The position numbers and the translations under genes are program-made. Shown piece after piece: positions 57,015 through 64,000 of a DNA stretch of 64,000 nucleotides. How positions within the stretch are numbered: the first letter of the stretch is position 1; the number at the start of each line of letters is the position of its first letter. The stretch is from Octopus vulgaris. Lineage: Eukaryota. The notes below the pieces were generated by a model, which saw nothing but the letters and a program-made list of their open reading frames with translations, was not told the DNA's origin and did not search any database. Where the stretch lies: assembly GCA_951406725.2 (NCBI GenBank), contig OX597825.1:87358001-87422000 (forward strand), written 5' to 3'.

Positions 57015-57390
57015 AACTATCAGTCGGTCTGTCTGTCGGTCTGTTGGCATCTCTCTCTGATCAACACCCTAACTATATTGTATTGTGAAAACCTATGACG
57101 TGAATATACACGCTTAATGATAAAGTTCAACATACCTTAATCTTATCAATAAGAATTCTCCATAATACCTGGTCATCGCAACCTATCATACATATTATAT
57201 TCAACAGAGCTCAGGATATTCTAAAAACTTTGGGCTTAACAGAGACTACATAAAGCCAAATTGAAATGAAATGCACCCCAATCCCCAAACCCCTCAGTTG
57301 GCCGAAACTTCTAAGTCAGTGACAATACGCTTTATATATGCACACACACACGTTCATATGTGTACACCTCACCCTCACGCGTTTATATAC

Positions 57391-57449
<59 letters not shown>

Positions 57450-57539
57450 TATATAAACACACATATATATATATGTGTACTTATATATAAGAGACCAAAG
57501 TGCAGGTACGCCGCTATATGTATGTAAAAAGGAATACAG

Positions 57540-57745
57540 AAAAAAGGAAAAACACGGAGGGGTCATTTGAATTTTTCTTTCCTTAGTCGAATTCCAGATT
57601 ATCTTTGCAATTTCGCCTGGTTATACTTGAAATTGCTCCAATCTGTCCAGTCCTAAGGAATAACTAAGCTAAGAGCACTTGATCCCTTGGAAGAGAGAAG
57701 CGGTTGTATACGAAAACAAGGACGAAAAAAAAGGAGAAATGGTAA
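57540..57745. repeat. Dispersed repeat family E, copy 1
   Basis: 'gggtcatt.gaa...gcaatt...ttga.attgctccaatc.g.ccag...aactaagctaagagca.t.gat.ccttggaa...tgtatacgaaa' is shared with 59700-59920. Confidence 0.8.
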
Positions 57746-57908
57746 TACGGGCTTCTTTCAGTTTCCGAGTACCAAATCCACGCACAAGGCTTTGGCCGGC
57801 TCGGGGCTATAGCAGAAGGCACTTTCCCAAGGCGCCACGCGGTGGGACTGAACCCGGAACCATGTGGTTGCTAAGCAAGCACCTTACCACACAGCCACTC
57901 CTGCGCCT
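57745..57908 (-). mobile_element. SINE family S2, 5' half
   Basis: 'ggcgcaggagtggctgtgtggtaag...ccgggttcagtcccac'. Confidence 0.85.
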
Positions 57909-58065
57909 ATGTATACTATAATATCGTATAATGGAACATAATGTAATCTATACATACATACACACACATATAGATACACACAGACGTACACTGACACACA
58001 CACACACGCATACACACACGTACGCATACACACAGACACACACACACAGACACACACACAGACAT

Positions 58066-58103
<38 letters not shown>

Positions 58104-58389
58104 GCATGGAAGTTTCAAAGATTGTTTTTGATCTTTTTTTTTTTTTTGGTGTCTCTAAATTGCGTCTATTGATAAATATTCAATTTTCCTTGTGTTGTAT
58201 CCACTCAAATGATATTTCATATCAATATTATAAGTCATAAAGAAAAATAAATTTTCGCGATTGCTTTCAACTTCAAACTAAAACAACCACTCGAAATAGG
58301 TTTTGCTTTTATTTATTTGTACATTAGAGGAACCCTGTAAGTTTTCTTTCTGCCTTCAAATCCTTGTATCGGTACGTTCTTACGATCTT

Positions 58390-58499
<110 letters not shown>

Positions 58500-58502
58500 T
58501 AT

Positions 58503-58727
58503 ATCGTGACGTATATTTGCCATTTGAATATGGCTAACCCCTAAGGGTGAATGCTACTATCAAATACTAATAGGACACAGAAAGTGTGTCTATAGCCAGC
58601 TGGAGGAGGTGTCCTCCTGGGGCTACAAACTACAGTACCATTCACGCTTAGGGGTTAGCCATATTCAAATGGCAAATATACGTCACGATGTGTTGCTGCT
58701 ACTGTTTATAACTCGCTCTGAGATTTA
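58503..58727. mobile_element. Foldback MITE related to family F, different arm sequence
   Basis: About 56-bp arms 58503-58558 and 58634-58689. Internal 'tatagccagctggag..g.tgtc.tcctggggcta' is shared with the 38134 copy. A decayed relative lies at about 1200-1300. Confidence 0.8.
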
Positions 58728-58731
58728 TCAT

Positions 58732-58789
<58 letters not shown>

Positions 58790-58843
58790 TAGAGGTGGTG
58801 CACCATCATCACCTCAGCCCTGGGCTGAAACCAGTAAAAGATA

Positions 58844-58905
<62 letters not shown>

Positions 58906-59595
58906 CATGTGTCAGATATTAATTATCTCTTTCTCGAGGGTCCTTTTTAAAGTATATTAGGTCACTTCGGGGCACTGGAATATATGCCAGCGACACTAAA
59001 ACATCAGCACCGCCGTACAAGTTTGAACTTTGACCGGAATGGGTGCATGTCCATTCCTTGGAATCAATAAATTAATTTCTAGTTGTATTAAGAACGGATT
59101 ATGCTAGGCGAATCTCTATTCAACATGGTTTCCCGTATATTCAGATAAAACCCATTTTGTGTCATATTTAATTTATTTCATCAATACCTGAAATCTATTT
59201 CGCTTCAGAATACGAAATAAGTTTTGCTTTGTTTTTTTTTTGTTTGTTTTTGTAATAGAATATGATAACCTCATAAAAAAAAAACATGAATATAATCAGA
59301 TGTAAGTTATCAAAATTGTTATCATTTATTTTGCTAACTTTGTTTTCTGAAAATAAAACAACTTTCTATAAATCTATTTATATGTAAATTTGGAAACAAT
59401 CACAATGGCATATAACGATGCGTTCCTTTAGGAATATACGAAAAACCGCAACACACATGAATGTATGAATATATAACAGGTAGACACAGATATAAGGCTG
59501 CGTACACACAGTGTGAGTGTGCGTTTGTACGAGCGAGTGTACTTATTTATATATATATAAGGGGCCTACTATCTTTAAATAAATATATATACAGC

Positions 59596-59656
59596 GGTGG
59601 TGCCCCAGCATGGCCGCGGCCTTCGGGCTAAAACATTTTAAAGGATTTTAAGGATT

Positions 59657-59658
<2 letters not shown>
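59596..59658 (+). mobile_element. Extreme 3' tip of a CR1-group LINE or SINE
   Basis: 'ggtgccccagcatggcc' is identical to the 3' UTR at about 6561, followed by a short hairpin and an (aaggattt)-type repeat tail. Confidence 0.65.
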
Positions 59659-59697
<39 letters not shown>

Positions 59698-59699
59698 GC

Positions 59700-59920
59700 A
59701 AAACATTCAGAAGACGATACAAAACACACAGACGGGTCATTCGAAGCCTTCAATCTTCAGTCAAGAACCGATCATCCTCGCAATTGTGGCTGATTAATCT
59801 TGAGATTGCTCCAATCCGGCCAGCCCCGAGGAAAAACTAAGCTAAGAGCATTAGATTCCTTGGAAAAAAGCTTCGAATGTATACGAAACAAGGATGGAAA
59901 AACGGGCGATGTTACACGAA
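59700..59920. repeat. Dispersed repeat family E, copy 2
   Basis: Homologous to 57540-57745. Confidence 0.8.
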
Positions 59921-59924
59921 TATA

Positions 59925-60061
59925 TATAGGGAGAGTTCACGAAAAAAACAAAAGACGAAGACAGGTGGTGTACAAAACAAACAGATGTATTAGTATAACG
60001 CTCAGGAATTGAAAAAAGTCTTTTACGTTTCGAGCCTACGCTCTTCTACAGAAAGGGACAC

Positions 60062-60063
<2 letters not shown>
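59925..60063 (-). mobile_element. Short repeat family A copy (best-preserved hammerhead-like motif, 60020-60055)
   Basis: CUUU-CUGUAGA-A-GAGC(GUAG)GCUC-GAAA-CG-UA^-AAAG. Confidence 0.75.
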
Positions 60064-60098
<35 letters not shown>

Positions 60099-60102
<4 letters not shown>

Positions 60103-60428
60103 TCAGTGGTTAGAGCGTCGAGCTTACGATCGTGAGGTTGTGAGCTCGAATCCCGGACCGGGCTGCGTGTTGTGTTCTTGAGCAAGGCACTTTATTTCAC
60201 GTTGCTCCAGTTCACTCAGCTGTAGAAATGAGTTGCGACGTCACTGCTGCCAAGCTGTATCGACCTTTGTCTTTCCCTTGGATAACATCAGTGGCGTGGA
60301 GAGGGGAGGCTGGTATGCATGGGCGACTGCTGGTCTTCCATAAACAACCTTGCCCGGACTTGTGTCTAGGAGGGTAACTTTCTAGGTGCAATCCCATGGT
60401 CATTCATGACCGAAGGGGGTCTTTACCC
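60099..60428 (+). mobile_element. tRNA-derived SINE, family S4
   Basis: A box TGGCTCAGTGG and B-box-like 'gagctcgaatccc', then a SINE core-like 'gttgtgttcttgagcaaggcacttt...ttcactcagctg'. Confidence 0.85.
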
Positions 60429-60527
60429 CCCTTTATATATATATATATATGTAAACATACACACATATATATATATACATATATGTATACATACATACAA
60501 ACATATGTACATACATACATACATACA

Positions 60528-60563
<36 letters not shown>

Positions 60564-62881
60564 TATATGGAGTAAATGTCTTCATTACATGTATGATAGT
60601 TTTTCGTCATTATGTATTGTGTACAGCCTCAGCAACTGGTCAGGATTACCAGAAACCTGTTTTGTCAACCATGTCTCTTGTTATTCTCATGGATTTATTC
60701 AAATATCCTACCTTAAATATAATTTTTCTAATATAAAAATTCCCAACTAAAAATGTTTTACGTAATGGGATCATAATTGCACGATGTTAATTTTCCAGCC
60801 ACTTCACTCTAAAAAGCGAATAAAATTCATAACTGTCTGGAAAGTTGACAATGATTCCACACTTGGTCCACATTGTTACTATGTTGAACCAAATTTACAC
60901 AATCGATATTATAACGTGTGTGCGAGGAAAATATTGAATACAGGTCAATTTCAAAATAGTTGAACTGAAATAATTTTTAAAAACTTCAGATTGTAATGAG
61001 TTAACCAAGGTAGCAAGAGAATAGTCTGCGTGTTTCTCTCACAATTTTCATCTTAAACGGACGTTCAGTACTTGTAACCTACCCTGATAGCTATAAACCT
61101 CTTTAACTTGTTCGTATTTCGACAAAGAGATGCATTAAATTATTACGAATATCAGTCTTAATTCGTATAATTAATACTTGTATCTAAAATTAATACAGAT
61201 GAAACAATTTTATTGGATAATGGAAATGATTTCATTCTGAAATCTAGAAACTTCCACAACATTCAATGTGAATTTGAAACTGATTGAGAACCTACTTATT
61301 TGTAGCAAAATTGCACATATTTATGTGTTGTAATCTACGAATCACAAGACCAACAGGAACTGCGTGACTTAATTATATTTCCTAATTCAATTCAAAAGGC
61401 TACCTTGGTCAAAACGTCAATGAGGATGCCGTTTAGAATTCACATCACTTGCATTACCAAACCGTGATATTGTTTCCTTGCGACTCATAGAAAATATGAA
61501 ATGCTTTGCAGTTTTGACCTGAAGTTTCATTCGAAACCTATTTTAGATAAACTGTTATTGCAACTTTTATTTTTCTTCTGGAAAATTGCTTAGAGATCGT
61601 AAACGTAAATTGAAACTCTGTTATATTATCTCAGGAAAACCTTTTATGGGAAACCAATCCTATTTATTTTTTCAAACTCCCATTGGAGACACTTTCGTAA
61701 AATGTAGAAAAACACTTTAGAGAAAATTTAGTTTGTGATGTATTCAGTAAACGCTACTGATAAATGTCTATTAACAGAAATATCCCTTTGTTTTTCTGTT
61801 TTATTGACTCAAATTAGAAAGTTATTCCCATTTGACCCCGGGGAGGGGGCCTATCTCTTTTTGTTATTGTTTCGGCCTTGGTTATCAACCTGTGATGAGT
61901 ATACCTTTCATCCGCGAGCATCTCGCTTTCCCTCAGATCCCTTGGCCCTAGCACCATAACCGCGCCCTTCCATTCATAAGGGGCCAGGGTATAACTGCAG
62001 TCAGTATTTGGCTCGTATGATTTTTAGTTCTAAAATTTTATGGTTTTATACAAAATGTTCATATTGCATTAAGATAGAGCAACGTTAAAACTGATAATTT
62101 TAGTAGAACGTTGCCGTTTCGGATATTTTGAAAAACATTTTGTCGAAGCTAATTAGCTGAAGGCTGCAGATTTGCATGACACTAGAGAATATTCGGTTGT
62201 GTTACCATCATGAAATCGATAATTAATGAATTGTATTTAAGATGAAAGAGAAGTACTATGCTCCGAGCTTTGATCAATAAACAAGAGAATTCTATGAACA
62301 TATTTGACAGAGAATAATATATATATATCGCCTTAATCCTGTACCCGACATTGCTTTCCTACAACCTGCCGGACTAATTGTAGAGCAAGCCGAATGAAAA
62401 TCTGCGGTATACATGAGATTTGGCAATTGCATATGATAAAAGGTAATTTATATTCAATATTTCATGGATTGATTAAAGTAATCTAGCAAATTCTTCAATA
62501 TCAATACATCCTGTAGTTGTTGTTATCTACTGTGTAACAAATCTATGAATAATTGATTACTTATGTGCTGCCCGGAAAGCACGAAATTCTTCTGTAGGAG
62601 ATCAGTTTCTATCCAGTTAACCGATATGTCATTTCGACGTGTCACTAAGGTGGCGGTGGTGGAGCGGTGGCGGTGGTGGTGGCGAGAGGGTCTTTCTAAT
62701 ATTACTTACACGAGATTAGTATTATATCGGTCAGTTGGAGATGAAATGGTCTCAGGAAATGGAAATTTATAAGTTTCCGGAAATGCATGTAAGAGTTAAT
62801 ATATTTTAAATTTGTGAAATGGCGTTTCAAATAACCACACAAGTCTGAGCCACCCGTTTATAACTATACACATACATTCTA

Positions 62882-62960
<79 letters not shown>

Positions 62961-64000
62961 TAGATGTATGTACGTGTGTGTGTGTGCGTACACATACAAA
63001 CAAATGCACACGCATGCACACACGTATGAATACATGAAAATGTCCCTTACCTGTGGTAGAGAATGTGGACAGTTTGAATAATGTATGTTATGTACGGAGG
63101 GTAAAAAGACCGACAGCAATCAAAAACCAGCTTATAAGGCCAAAGTTAAGCACCGTAACAAATCATTTTCTTTAATCATACAAATGTGTCTTAAATATAA
63201 ATACATATAAAAATTATTTAATATAAAAAAATATATTCATACTGTAGTTGCTGTGTGAATATTAATCAAATAAGCTATTCGCACTGGCAAAGCTTCCATT
63301 TGTATAGATGTGTAGGCATAATATGTCCGTATAGTTGTGGACTTCGTTTTCAAAGTTTGAGGTCGAGCGTTCAATCCCAGTTCATAGAATCTTAGCCGAA
63401 TGTCATTTCTAGAACCTTGGATCGACTCATACCTTGTGAGAGATATTGGGCAAATGGGCAATATAGAGGAGACTACCAGGTGGATAGTACAAATGGTGGA
63501 GTCCTGTCTTACAGGGAATTACATTGATTTCATCTTAGAATTGCTTTAAAGAGTCTCCGTGGAATACTCAGCTACTTCATTGATAATTAGCGAGCAGATA
63601 ATTCCGTTAATCAAACAACCAGATCCCCTTTGTGAAAGGCTGAAGATCCACTATCGCCACCAGCACTACATCTCTCCCTCTTTCTCTTTCTCTTTCGCCC
63701 TCTCTTTATTTCTCTATATATCTGTGTGGGTGTGAGTGTGTGTATGTGTGTGTGCGTGTGTACACATATACATATATGTATAGACGTCTGAAGCTGAAGA
63801 CACGCTATATTGCATTTCCGAATTTATCGTTTGATTACTTTTGCTGTCTCTTCTGTATTCGGAAGAGTTTCTTTTATACGGGTTTATTTATGTATTGCCA
63901 ATTGAAACTACTTGAAACTGTAGACGCATTCGGATTCTTAGTTGCAATTAGCTCTTGTTTTCTTTCTGAATAAGTAGATATATTGCCTCTGTCACCCATT

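Noticed and set aside
60099-60172. tRNA-like sequences here and at 28010-28080, 31004-31075 and 57840-57908
   Set aside because: No complete cloverleaf. Each continues into a SINE body, so they are SINE heads and not tRNA genes.

Overview
AT-rich, microsatellite-dense eukaryotic DNA. The SINE families and repeat landscape look like a coleoid cephalopod, probably Octopus (inference). The only host-gene sequence I can support is two + strand internal exons (10147-10240, 17101-17229) of an M13 / neprilysin-family metallopeptidase, so most or all of the window is probably intron. It is filled with repeats: a 5'-truncated, frameshifted CR1-group LINE with a CCCH-finger ORF1, several tRNA-derived SINE families, mariner and hAT relics, an R4/Dong-like RT relic, a foldback MITE family, and many Penelope-like element (PLE) pieces. 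The most interesting signal is that at least four unrelated repeat families, mostly embedded in microsatellites and several folded into long inverted repeats, carry type I hammerhead-ribozyme folds. One has a canonical core with a very long stem II. Others share non-canonical cores across copies (CUGAUGC-G, CUGUAGA-A). Most short ORFs in the supplied track are microsatellite artefacts. All alignments and folds were done by eye.
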